Below are positions 24,101 to 33,976 of a stretch of 64,000 nucleotides of DNA, piece after piece (the first letter of the stretch is position 1; each line of letters starts with the position of its first letter). The stretch is taken from assembly GCA_009859145.1 (NCBI GenBank), contig VRVR01000011.1, positions 268,026 through 332,025 on the forward strand. Reading direction: 5' to 3'. The notes under the pieces were generated by a model. It searched no databases. It was not told where the DNA came from and was given only the letters and a program-made list of their open reading frames with translations. Position numbers and translations under genes: made by a program. The stretch is from Andalucia godoyi And28. Taxonomy: Eukaryota > Protista > Jakobida.

Positions 24101-26742
24101 TTGCCAAGGAGAAGGAAAATACGGAAAAATGGCAAAATGCATTCGACCAAGCGAAAGCAGAACTGGAAGCATCCAATTTGGAAACTTCAAGGCTTCGTTC
24201 CGAGAATGGGGATCTTGCAGCATCTGTAGCGTCTGCACGGGCAGACATTTCTGCGCTGTCTTGTCGAGCAGTTTTTTTGGATGCCTTCACAGTTTGCGAT
24301 GTCGCTTGTTTGGAAACCGACGGGACCCAGACTGAAGAATGGGAGCGCGCGATCCATGATGAGAAGAAACAGATGGAAGACAATCACCAGCGGCAATTAG
24401 CCGTTTTGAAGAGTGATCATGATTCAAGCTTGGGTGCATTGCAACAACGTGTTGGTCATTTGGAAGAATTGTCTGGCAACCTTGAAAACGATCTCATGTT
24501 GACCACAAATGCTCGTGATGCCGCTATTCGGGATAGCAGGGAACTGGAGTCGACGCGAAAGCAGCTCCAACTTGATTTGGATTCCAAAACGGCAGAGTTA
24601 TCGAAAGTACAGGATGAGCTGTGTGACGCACGGCAATCGGTTTTAACAGTAGAAAACGAATTGAGAAGTGTTCGATTTGAGAACGAAAAGCTTGCGGCTG
24701 CGAAACACGAATTAGAAACGAGAGCGCAATCGTCTCAACTCGATGCACAATCTCTTTTCCACGAAATTTCTGCGCGTGACGACCGCATTCGAGAGCTTGA
24801 AGAGACGCTGAAGAAAAAAGAGGAAGAATTGAGGCAGCTGACTTCTGAAAAGACTGCATTAGATACGCAGTTGGTTGAAACAAGGTCCAAATGTTCACTT
24901 GATGAAGACAAAATCCAAGGTTTGTCTGCTGAGAATCAACGACATTTGCTAACCGAAAAGGAGAAAGACGGGCAGATCTCTGATTTGAGTGGCGTCCTTT
25001 CTCAGAAGAATGCTGAGCTGTTGGCACTGCAATCCGAATTGGAGACTCAGCGCAAACGATCTCAACAGTCGTCCGTGGAACATTCGAGCAAAATACATCA
25101 GCTTGAACAGTCTATTAGAACTCTCACACAAGAGAAGAGCGATCTACAGTCTCGATCAGACAGTGAAGTCCGTAAGTGTGCTGAAGTCTCTGAAAAGTGC
25201 CAGAGTCTTGAGAAACGAAATGCGGACGTCCAGCTCCAGATGAAGGACTTGGAGAATCTTTTGTTCAAGAAGGATGCCGAGCTTGCCAACTGCAAGGATG
25301 ACGTAATAGCTCGGAAGAAAAATGAAGAGAAGCTTTCAAAGTCCTTGGAAGACGCGAAGAAACAGGTTTCCGCACTGGAAAATGAAAGGACTTCTGCTGC
25401 ATCTCAAGAGCAGTCGGCAGTTTTGAAACTGAAAGATATGGAAGCCAAGCTGTCAGCATCCAAGGCTCGTATTTCTGCCGTTGAACAAGACCTGCAGAAG
25501 CTGGAAGATCAGCAGCGAGAGTTGACGAAGGAAAGAGACGGCGCAATGCGGTTCAAGGAAGCTGCTCTCTTGCAGAAGGAGACCGCAGAAAAAGAGAGAA
25601 CTGAAGCGGAAGGGAAGTGCAAACGTGCTGAGGCGCGAATTGTGGAGCACAGCGATATGCTCAAGATCCTGAAAGCGCAGTTGGAGGAGGTGGATCGCCA
25701 GAAGAAAGCAAATGATGAGAAACTACGAGTGGCAGAGCGACAGATTCAAAAGTTTGAGGGTTACAGGGCAACAAAAGAGCAAGAGATAGCAGTATTCACA
25801 GAACGCCTGGAACAAGAGAGAAGCAAGGGTCGTCATATGGAACAAAAGATTGCGATTCTTCATTCCCAGTTGGATGCAGCTCGTTGCCACAACGAAACGA
25901 TGGAGAAGCAAGCCGAGAGCGCAAGTGAGAATTCTCTGGATCTTGGGCTGCTGTCTCACGAAGACTTTCGCTTGCTGGTGTCGTATGTGTATGTCCTGTT
26001 ATTGCAGGAGAATCCCAAGTTTGCGAATCGCCCTCAGTCTGCAAACCGTCTGTTGTATAAGTCAGATCGCGTGAGCGTTGTGTCCTCCCTGGATTCCGAG
26101 GAAGGAAAGGGCAGCCCAGACGTCGATGAAATTGCTTACGTGGAAAATGGAACCGACCACGAGCCGAGCGCTTTGGAACCACAGCAGCCGATTCAGCGGT
26201 CCACTAGCCCAACCTCAAAAGGTGAGAGGCTATCGGATTGGAAAGATCTCGAGCAAGCGATGCATGGAGGTGCGACTTCTCCAGGTGGTATGCACTTCTT
26301 CAGTCGCCACCGTGACAAAATGCTTGGTCGTCTTGAAAAACTGGAAAGCGAACTATCCGGCAAATCTCGTGCAATTGTTCAGGAACTGATGGACATCCGT
26401 ATTGAAGAGGAGCGTCTTGGAGACGAACGATCCATCGTGACGAAGGAACTTGCGCAAGCCATCAAATCACAAAAGACTTGCAAAATCCGTTATGCAGAAA
26501 TCGTAGAGTCGAGAAGACATCTTGCACTGAACCGTTCGAACCTTATTCGGACCTTGATTTCGTACGCGGATTCCCACAAGAATCTTCGATTCCAGAATGA
26601 TCGTTTGCGCAATGCCAAGGTTCCGTTGGATATTTCTTCTCAACGTGCTGAAGTCCAGGTTGCCCAGCATGTTGAACAGCAAATGAGACTCCCGCCAACA
26701 TCTCCGCAGCAGAAACGATCGCAATCGAGTCGAAAACCATAA
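21139..26742 (+). CDS. BEACH-domain protein (PH/GRAM-like + BEACH) with ~1100 aa coiled-coil C-terminus
   Basis: WMNDGLSNAEYILELNFRAGRSFNDILSYPLFPW, VELPSWSRSPAEFV and LPAWINLAFG are BEACH motifs; long heptad E/K/Q/L region follows; no WD40 repeats seen. Confidence 0.88.
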   Translation: MSAPVAEMVSHRDRFSRLLLDPSEYLFASYPCAVNKIVLQWKKGPNGVDQRVEKKQIFPGKLLVGTRNLYFAPDSDLQPVAKISLVGARVNLIQQKKEELLGVESSYIVNIGRRSAPTGFRTDVIQSKEVVIFALHEVSVPQMVSFLTEIIGFATATETMTEVEAYMANKHGRIELLIAEYERTIESDTFVEAFISDQRKPIAEFRACLQTLEGKEPGVLMVTPTHVVFQPFVNLSAAGSVILPHSCISRLLPRTHAYRHCALEMFVLEGATVLPHTFHSTENFISSASPFASFDRIISFVLQDRKSRDQLLAILRSGTSVKLPNLRPEVSLQDVTDMWMNDGLSNAEYILELNFRAGRSFNDILSYPLFPWTVMMASSSKDDFRDFGSSLCAGDATDNGNREWPLHVHPAFICSMFSRTIPELEYSYTQLFPSFPSLESVPQLLLSLKSTKDEKGRTRDYRLRGLESCAEFFLGSGAFLVSTSAPKGVELPSWSRSPAEFVRSHLAILNCRQVSSALPAWINLAFGCEQKDAVFDADKNKVVNLRSLPCFEGSYDSEKAFTPYQEIVTFSTLLETGCLPDRIFDTLHPTMFFRKSSVHVGEKTPKNRSSLTSVSNIFDAGYQVSGNDSYSRDISKISNERDAAVERANVLSLNLSAVQGDRDAVVEKANLLSQALSNAERDFCTKEAELKNQIASLSSENAALIERLSVSQAQLAASIASRQAMENELGNDRLKFSNELERLQQQHVEQMETAEAQHAADVSSLNDLRSKSAATFEAEKAALMKRHAEDVALLHQQNADKTKEAEANWSAQLASLVDSHAAEKASIQQDHASLLEKLKASHAAELQSVKDDHMLQSQQLKDVHTSEIQNLRSSLSTDGSRVQSELEENRRSIVQLQAEVDEKKKTISDLSLKLVAIDSETARMKNEARVEKEETDRIILDLTNQKEDRDAKNSLLQTDLRSSQSKLLIFEEEVQRLKVEVQQLQEDLAKEKENTEKWQNAFDQAKAELEASNLETSRLRSENGDLAASVASARADISALSCRAVFLDAFTVCDVACLETDGTQTEEWERAIHDEKKQMEDNHQRQLAVLKSDHDSSLGALQQRVGHLEELSGNLENDLMLTTNARDAAIRDSRELESTRKQLQLDLDSKTAELSKVQDELCDARQSVLTVENELRSVRFENEKLAAAKHELETRAQSSQLDAQSLFHEISARDDRIRELEETLKKKEEELRQLTSEKTALDTQLVETRSKCSLDEDKIQGLSAENQRHLLTEKEKDGQISDLSGVLSQKNAELLALQSELETQRKRSQQSSVEHSSKIHQLEQSIRTLTQEKSDLQSRSDSEVRKCAEVSEKCQSLEKRNADVQLQMKDLENLLFKKDAELANCKDDVIARKKNEEKLSKSLEDAKKQVSALENERTSAASQEQSAVLKLKDMEAKLSASKARISAVEQDLQKLEDQQRELTKERDGAMRFKEAALLQKETAEKERTEAEGKCKRAEARIVEHSDMLKILKAQLEEVDRQKKANDEKLRVAERQIQKFEGYRATKEQEIAVFTERLEQERSKGRHMEQKIAILHSQLDAARCHNETMEKQAESASENSLDLGLLSHEDFRLLVSYVYVLLLQENPKFANRPQSANRLLYKSDRVSVVSSLDSEEGKGSPDVDEIAYVENGTDHEPSALEPQQPIQRSTSPTSKGERLSDWKDLEQAMHGGATSPGGMHFFSRHRDKMLGRLEKLESELSGKSRAIVQELMDIRIEEERLGDERSIVTKELAQAIKSQKTCKIRYAEIVESRRHLALNRSNLIRTLISYADSHKNLRFQNDRLRNAKVPLDISSQRAEVQVAQHVEQQMRLPPTSPQQKRSQSSRKP

Positions 26743-27301
26743 TCATTCGGTAACGATGTAAGTAAATCTTTTTCTGTCTCTTTTCCAATACTTGGTACGA
26801 ATTCGCCAGCAGACCAAGGATACACGGAGTTCGGGATGATCCCGTTCCTAGGAAGAACGGCAATTTTCGTGGGCTGAACAAGAACATGCTAGAACGTCTT
26901 CCGAGGATGCAATCAACGAACAAAATGACGTAACCTGCTGCTATCCTTAAAACCCACTGTTTTTACCCTACTTTCACCCCACTCATCCAGAAATTTCAGA
27001 CAATGCTATTCCGTTCCCCCTCTATTTTGCCATTCATGCCAGTCCATCGTCATTCTGATATCCCCGGGGCCTACCACCTCTTCTGAATTGAATTCATATT
27101 TCGTTCCGACGCAAGACTGCAAGTGGATGGTCAAAAATGATTCGCTATGCTCCACGTACAATGCAGGCGATTTGCTGATTATAACAGGACAGAGGGGGAG
27201 CAGTTGCAGAATAAGAATCGAGGCACTGAGCCGCCTCGGATGCGCAAGGCAAAACACACGTGTTGGGGGGGGGGGGGATGGCTGAGCAGCCGGACAGGAC
27301 T

Positions 27302-30300
27302 TCATTCGGAAAACCTCTCTACTCCTTCTGACAAAGCCTTTGGGAGTTGGCGGGAGGACTTCTGGCGAAAGTGATCCGCAACCATTCCCCAATCGACTTG
27401 TGGAAGCAAGAACGTCAACGGGATTGGCAGTTCTCGGAACTGCAAAATGAGGTTCCAAAAGATTGTTGGATGTTCCAAGAAGAATTTGTCGTCTGCCGCC
27501 ACGCCCTGGTTGAGACAGTTCAGAACTTCCTTCCGAATCACAGCAGGACTTAAAAACTCGCAGTTGACAACCGCATTGTCGCCTTCTTGAGCGTGTGTAA
27601 CGATGATTTCTGAACTGAGCTTTCGAGTATGTCGGATGCGTCGAGTGTGGCTCGTAGTTGAGCTTGTGACGGAGCTCTCAGAATCGGTATCGGAAGACGC
27701 TCTTCGCTCGTTGTTGACAACAATCTGCGAAATACCTGATATCATGATATCCGATGACGTGTTCGACGAGGAGCCAGTTGGTGCAAACACACGGAAACGG
27801 GCTACAAACCTAAAGTAACAATGTGGGCAAGTCGTCCTGTAATCGTTTCGATCGTTGGACCAGCCTCGTTGAATATCTTCATCCAAAAGCTGCTCTTCAC
27901 ATTGCGGGCAGCTGTCAGATAAATCAAAACGCAACATTTCGAAAACCCTCCAATGATCGTCCGCTTCCCCGTTCCCAAAAAATGTTTCGGCCGACATGCC
28001 TTTCATTTGTGTGCCAGACGCTGTTAGGATCTCATTCAACGCAGCAGAGTCGAGCTGATTGAACGACGCAGATTGTGAGATGTCCTGGGTAAACGAAGAG
28101 CGAGATAAGCGAGCTTTCCAACGCTGCATTAGAGAAAGGGGGGGTGTTCCACCATTGCTGTGAGACCCGTGATTTTGGACGTTCTGCGGCGAACTATTAT
28201 TGGAAGAGTTCGATGCCAAATTTCCGGCAAATGTGATGCTTCTTTGGTGCGACTTTGACCCGGCAGGTTGAAGAGTAATCTTCGGTGCCAACAACGGCAT
28301 CTTGTCAGCTTTTCGAATCGTCTGAGGAGCCTCCTCGGCGACAATCCGATGATCTGGAAGCGCCTGAATCACTGCCAAAGTCGCAAGAACTGTTTTCCAA
28401 GATGAAAGCGCAGATGCACGGTACCCAACATCGTCGACGTCCTCAGAAACGAATGATTTCGCTTCGCGAGGTTGATAAATGAGCGCCATGTTCAGTTTCG
28501 GAAACCGATCATACAACCATTTGCGAGAGCCTTGACGATCTAACTTTAGATGATCGTCAGAAATGGAATCCAAATCTGCGGCTTCCGGTGTCATTGCAAC
28601 AAACGTCTTGATGACAGAAACCTGGTTGTCGGACAAAAACGGGGTTGCCTTCTTTCTAATTTGCAAGAGGCTCCTGTTCATCTTGGCATCAATAGATTCG
28701 TCGAAGAAGACAACCTCTGGAGATTTCGAAAGGGAATCATCCATTCTCTCGTGACAAAATTGCAAAAACATCTGAGTGCCGACAAAACCGTCCATAAACT
28801 TGCGACCCTGTGAAGACAGATCGACCATGAAGGACTTCGTATCAAAGGGATTTTCAAAGTCCTTGTCGTTTTTGAGATAGGTTCGGTACTTCAAAAACAG
28901 CGAGACAAAGAAGCGCAGAAAGGCTTCCTGGATCGATTTTGAAGAAAAGGTAAAAACGCGCTCGCCCGCTTCATCAAAGCTGTCGACAAGATCGGGAGTT
29001 GGCGCAAAATGAATCGCCAAGTCAGCGTTCAACAGATGCGGATTGGGATGTTGCGCCACAAAGGGCGGAACAAACTCTTGTAACTTGGATACCAGTTTTT
29101 CCAGTTGCTTTTCCGGAAGTTTCGGCAGCAGGGCGTCTTTCGGAATGGCGACTGTGTTGTTGTCGAGATCGACCACAATGATATCGGGCGATAACTGCAG
29201 CTGCGCACGTGCAGATGAATGCAATCCCATAATGAAAGGAACGGGAGCAGACAGAAATTCCGCGTAGCAGGAGGGAAGAACGGGAATGTAAACGTGCTGC
29301 CAACGAAAAGGAAAAATGAGGGCACAAAACGATTCTGCAACATTCGTCAAAACCGAATACTGCGAGCAGACGAACACCATCTTCCGTTCGAGTAACACGG
29401 CCGTAACCACCTTGATCACGTTTTGAATGGAAAGGCACTCGAAAACCTGAGTAATTGGTATTTCAGAAAGAGGAAAGTCGTTTCTCGGAGGTCTGGCGAT
29501 GGACAAGTGCAAATGCCCAATTGTGTATTGGACAGCAATCTTGCCCATTGGAGGCACGGGGACTTCTTCGCAGAAGTTGCACACAATCCTCTCCAAGGGA
29601 AGAGGACAGGGAGAGATTGAGAGTCGATACAATTCCACAAGAAAAGAACGGAATGTCGCATACAGCGGCCAATGAGAGAGAATGCAAATAGTTTTGGGAA
29701 CAAACAGCAATTCTGGAAACTTCGTATTGAGTGCAGAAATCCTATCATTTAGGCTTGCAATTTGGTCTCCGTGTCCTTTGCCACCAGATGGTGAGCCGTT
29801 AGCGGAAACAACAGTGGAGGATGGAGCCGCAGTGTGAAACGCTGGATGATCCGCAGCCGTTTGGAAATCAACAGAAGCCCCATCTTCATCATCCTCAGTC
29901 CAGTCCTCCAAATCATCACCACCATCATCATCAACAACATTCGAAGAAAAAAGAGACTTTTTCGCGTCTCCTTTTTCTGCCCTCTTCAGATCCGCTGCAG
30001 ATGTGCCAGATGCCAAAGTCGAGGAAGAAACCATCAGTGGTCTACTTCTCTGGGCGTTTGCCATACGGGCAGTCAATGCCAACTGCTGCAAGCGTCGCGC
30101 CTCGAATTGCTTCTTTAGTTTTTCGTACATTGAAACGTCGCCCAGCGGTTCCCAAAACGTGACGCAGCATCCATAAACACGAGCACCATCACCACCAGTA
30201 AGAACAATATTGTGATACGTTGGAAAATCGGATCTGTCCTTTAACGAAATCCCTTCAGGCATGCAAAACATCGCAAGGGATTGTGGAAGATCAAAATCGG

Positions 30301-30478
30301 AACGCGATTTTGAATTCGGACCGGGGTAGGAATCAACAATGGACGGTCGAAAACGAACATTTTGGACATTTGTAGCCATTCGATGGGAAAGAGGGTCCAA
30401 AGGAATAGGTTCAATAGAATGGTCATGAGAAACAACAACAAAATAGTCCACGAGACGACTTGTAACACGGGGACCCAT
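27302..30478 (-). CDS. DENN-domain Rab GEF (DENND4-like C-terminus)
   Basis: RLVDYFVVV, MFCMPEG, VLTGGDGARVYG, ICILSHWP and WQHVYIPVLP..FLSAPVPFIMG motifs. C-terminal CPQC..DEDIQRGWSNDRNDYRTTCPHC. Confidence 0.93.
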   Translation of the reverse strand: MGPRVTSRLVDYFVVVSHDHSIEPIPLDPLSHRMATNVQNVRFRPSIVDSYPGPNSKSRSDFDLPQSLAMFCMPEGISLKDRSDFPTYHNIVLTGGDGARVYGCCVTFWEPLGDVSMYEKLKKQFEARRLQQLALTARMANAQRSRPLMVSSSTLASGTSAADLKRAEKGDAKKSLFSSNVVDDDGGDDLEDWTEDDEDGASVDFQTAADHPAFHTAAPSSTVVSANGSPSGGKGHGDQIASLNDRISALNTKFPELLFVPKTICILSHWPLYATFRSFLVELYRLSISPCPLPLERIVCNFCEEVPVPPMGKIAVQYTIGHLHLSIARPPRNDFPLSEIPITQVFECLSIQNVIKVVTAVLLERKMVFVCSQYSVLTNVAESFCALIFPFRWQHVYIPVLPSCYAEFLSAPVPFIMGLHSSARAQLQLSPDIIVVDLDNNTVAIPKDALLPKLPEKQLEKLVSKLQEFVPPFVAQHPNPHLLNADLAIHFAPTPDLVDSFDEAGERVFTFSSKSIQEAFLRFFVSLFLKYRTYLKNDKDFENPFDTKSFMVDLSSQGRKFMDGFVGTQMFLQFCHERMDDSLSKSPEVVFFDESIDAKMNRSLLQIRKKATPFLSDNQVSVIKTFVAMTPEAADLDSISDDHLKLDRQGSRKWLYDRFPKLNMALIYQPREAKSFVSEDVDDVGYRASALSSWKTVLATLAVIQALPDHRIVAEEAPQTIRKADKMPLLAPKITLQPAGSKSHQRSITFAGNLASNSSNNSSPQNVQNHGSHSNGGTPPLSLMQRWKARLSRSSFTQDISQSASFNQLDSAALNEILTASGTQMKGMSAETFFGNGEADDHWRVFEMLRFDLSDSCPQCEEQLLDEDIQRGWSNDRNDYRTTCPHCYFRFVARFRVFAPTGSSSNTSSDIMISGISQIVVNNERRASSDTDSESSVTSSTTSHTRRIRHTRKLSSEIIVTHAQEGDNAVVNCEFLSPAVIRKEVLNCLNQGVAADDKFFLEHPTIFWNLILQFRELPIPLTFLLPQVDWGMVADHFRQKSSRQLPKALSEGVERFSE

Positions 30479-31147
30479 GTCTCCTCTCTCAATATATACA
30501 ATCTAAATAGTACTGAGAAGAAGATGCAGAGGAATGCTTCTGGCTTGGTGTTAGAACCTACACGTCGTCTTCCGTACAATACAGTCTAGACCTTTTGGGC
30601 TGATACGAATAGACAAAGCGAACAAACGAATGGCGTTCTTTTGTTATTTGTTATTTTTGTTATTTTTGTTATTTTTTGATTTTGCTTGGGGACGAGGTCA
30701 GACTGTCAATCCATTGATAAAACAGAAACAAAACCGAGGAAAGAAAGCACGGGAAGATGCAGGCCCCGAAAGAAGGAAAAAAAAAACAGATGAACGTGTC
30801 GTTCTCCTCTTCGTTGCTTCCGAATTATGAGTTTTTCGATCGCGAAATGCAGAGATTGTATTAATTTGGTTGTGAAATTTGTTGTGTATGTGGAGAGAGG
30901 ATTATTGGACTCGGAAAGTCCGAGCACTTTCTGTTGTTTGTTCCTTAGCGATCGAAGGGCGACGAGCGTTTACACAACTCATTCGATTGAACTGCGCATC
31001 AATTGATGCTTGTTGTGCTTCGATTGGAAAACTACCTTCACGTTTCGCTTCTTTTAGTGACGGCGGCAGCTGGCATGCTGTTTCCTTTCTATTTTTGCTC
31101 CCTTCTCGTACAGGCAACATAATTCGAAGGAATTACATTACAGGGAA

Positions 31148-32845
31148 ATGTTTATCATTCGAAGGGGCCCGCGGCATAGTGTATTTTCGCCGTTGCTTCT
31201 GCGGAAGTCTTCAAATCTTTGTCCGGCTTTGACCGGCGGGGACTGGGCGCTGTTTTCGTCTGACACTGCCGAGTCCGATGCTTCTAATCCTTCAAGCAAC
31301 ACAAGCAACGGGACTCATAATAGGTTTCCAGGAGGGCAGCAAGGTCGCCAGCAACAGCAGCAGCCTGCATTGACAGAAGACAATCTTCGTGAATTGCGAA
31401 TGAAGTTGGGAACCGCAATGAAACCAAAGGACATTGTTGCCGAGTTGGACAGGTTCATTGTTGGACAGCACGAAGCAAAACGGGCTGTTGCTATAGCATT
31501 GCGTAATAGATGGAGACGACAGCAGCTTACAGACAAGTTGGCGCAGGAAGTGTCTCCCAAGAATATTTTAATGGTATGTTCCTATTCCCTTTTTTCCCCT
31601 GCCCCTCTAATTTTATTTCTTCTTCTCGTGGTGTGTATATATGTTTCGGTTGGTGCATGCAGCAGTTTCTTATTCTTGTCGATTTGATTGATTGTTCGTG
31701 ATTTTAAACGGCAGATCGGGCCCACTGGAGTTGGAAAGACGGAGATCGCAAGGCGTCTGGCTAGAATCGCACAGGCTCCGTTCATCAAAACAGAAGCCAC
31801 AAAGTATACAGAAGTTGGATTTCACGGGAGGGATGTAGATCAAATCATCCGAGATTTGGTAGACGTGTCCATATCGCAAACTCGCAACATTCTTAAGGAT
31901 CAGTTGAAGCCGAAAATTCACGATAAGATCGAAAGGCGCATTTTAGACAAGCTTGTTGGTGAAGATGCATCTCCTGCGACAGTGGATGCGTTTCGGAAAG
32001 TGTTGGCGGACGGAGATCTAGAGAACCGGGAGATCGAGATTGTTGTCACTGAAAAAGTCCCCGCTCAGGCAAATCCAGAACCAGGTGGAATGATGAATGT
32101 CAATGACTTGGTGGTGAAGCTCGGACTCGCAGGTCCGCGCATGTCGAAGAAGAAACTGCCAATTAAAGACTGCCGAGCATTGCTTGAAGAGGAAGAATTG
32201 GACAAGATGTTGAATCACGAGACTGTTGTGCGAGAAGCGGTTCGCAATGTGGAAGAAAATGGTATAGTTTTCCTTGACGAAGTTGATAAGATTGTTACCA
32301 AGAGTGAATATCGGTATGGAACCGATGCGTCGTCGGAGGGTGTCCAACGCGATTTACTACCCTTGATCGAAGGAACTACAATTTCAACAAAGTATGGAAA
32401 CGTCAAGACTGACCACATATTGTTTATCGCATCTGGCGCATTCCACCATGTGAAGCCGAGTGACATGCTTGCAGAACTCCAAGGCCGACTTCCGATCCGA
32501 GTGGAGTTAAAAGGACTGAACCAGCAAGATTTGTATCGCGTGCTAACTGAGCCCGAGTTCAATTTGATTAAGCAGCAAATCGCTCTGATCAATTCCGAGA
32601 ATGTATCTCTGCTCTTCACGGATGATGCAATTCGAGAAATTGCAGCCGTAGCCTTTGAAGTGAATTCCACAGTGGAGAATATTGGAGCCCGCAGATTAGC
32701 CACTATTCTGGAAAGGATTATGGAGGACATTTCATTCAATGCATCAGAGTACGCTGGCCAAGGCATGACCGTGTCAAAAGAAAGTGTACGCCAAAAGGTT
32801 GGGGATATGTTGCTCAAAACGGATTTGAGCAAGTTTATCTTGTAA
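31148..32845 (+). CDS. hslU: Mitochondrial HslU (ClpY) AAA+ ATPase subunit of the HslVU protease; 2 exons
   Basis: [38 protein letters not shown]|[16 protein letters not shown]; intron 31574-31714 (GTATGT..CAG); [23 protein letters not shown] and DLSKFIL C-terminus; Arg/Ser-rich presequence. Confidence 0.97.
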
Positions 32846-32892
32846 AGCAACAGCATTTGTTTCAAAAAAATAATACCACGATCACCTGCTTT

Positions 32893-33371
32893 CTACGAAT
32901 CATCTTGCTGCTCGGTCGCGCCTAGGACAGACAACTTTTGAGACAAGCTCTCCGCAAACAAACACACAAATGCAGCACTGACACGATGCAGCAAGGACGA
33001 TACAGATTCGAACTCTCGCTCCTTTGGCAGACGATCCGAAGGCTCACATAATTTCTGGGGCGGCATGCCGTCGTCTGTTAGAAACACGAATCCAAATCAA
33101 AACACACACAAAACAACAACAACAATAATAATTATAAATATAAACAATCAAGGCGAGCTAAATGTAAAAAACATGCGATGGCAAAGCTGAATCCGGTGTA
33201 TTCCACAATTAACTGAATCGGCGGGTTGTCCAACGTCTTGATAATGGCGATGTTGGAGCGGTCAGATAGGTTGCATGATTCAACAAACAACTCCACATCT
33301 TTCAACTGCAATCTGAGTTCATCTCCATTGCTGGACAGCTCACTGGATGTGCCATCTGCCGCGTAGTCCAT
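32893..33371 (-). CDS. GSKIP-domain (DUF727-like) protein; 2 exons
   Basis: Exon 1 33371-33173 (MDYAADG..LKDVELFVES..EYTGFSFA), intron 33172-33075, exon 2 ending FESVSSLLHRVSAAFVCLFAESLSQKLSVL, which resembles the GSKIP C-terminal helices. Confidence 0.65.
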
Positions 33372-33976
33372 GCCTTTTCCTTTTTTTTGCGGCGAAGACT
33401 TGCAAGGAAGCGCATACTGCAATAAACGTGGAGTTCTTTGGAGAGAGACGGAAGGAGGAAGAGGGGAAAAAAGGAGACTTGTCGGCTGCTCAAAAGCGTG
33501 TGTGAAAGAAATGTCGGGGATTTCGCGAACAATAAAGGCCCGCCATCCAGACGGAATCTCTTCCGGTCCGGGCAACCATGCAAGGAAACCAACTGCGGTT
33601 CGTCGTTCTCGCCTCGACTGAAATGTCATATCCAGTCATGTTCTCAGAGACGTCTAGGCAATTGACGTTTCGATCTGTTGGCTCTTTTACCAGATGAATT
33701 CTTCGAGAGTGTTTCACAACGGAGAGCCCAAAAAACGGGGGGAGGGGGCCACAGCGGGAGATTCCCGGTCTCCTCCTCCTCCTCCTCCTCCTTCTTCTTC
33801 TTCTGCTGCTGCTGCTTGTCATTATAACCTGTTTAATCGGAAAACATCCACCAAGCACACAATACAATAGAGCGACATTCGATTGTTTGATGCATCTGCT
33901 TTTTTCAAGTCCCATGAAATGCACTGTTCATGCTGATTTGACGATTGATTGCAAATCTCTGTAATATTGGGAAAGA

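Noticed and set aside
33075-33176. Non-canonical GC-AG intron in the GSKIP-like gene
   Set aside because: The GC donor gives the wrong phase; a GT donor 4 nt downstream (33172) restores the frame.
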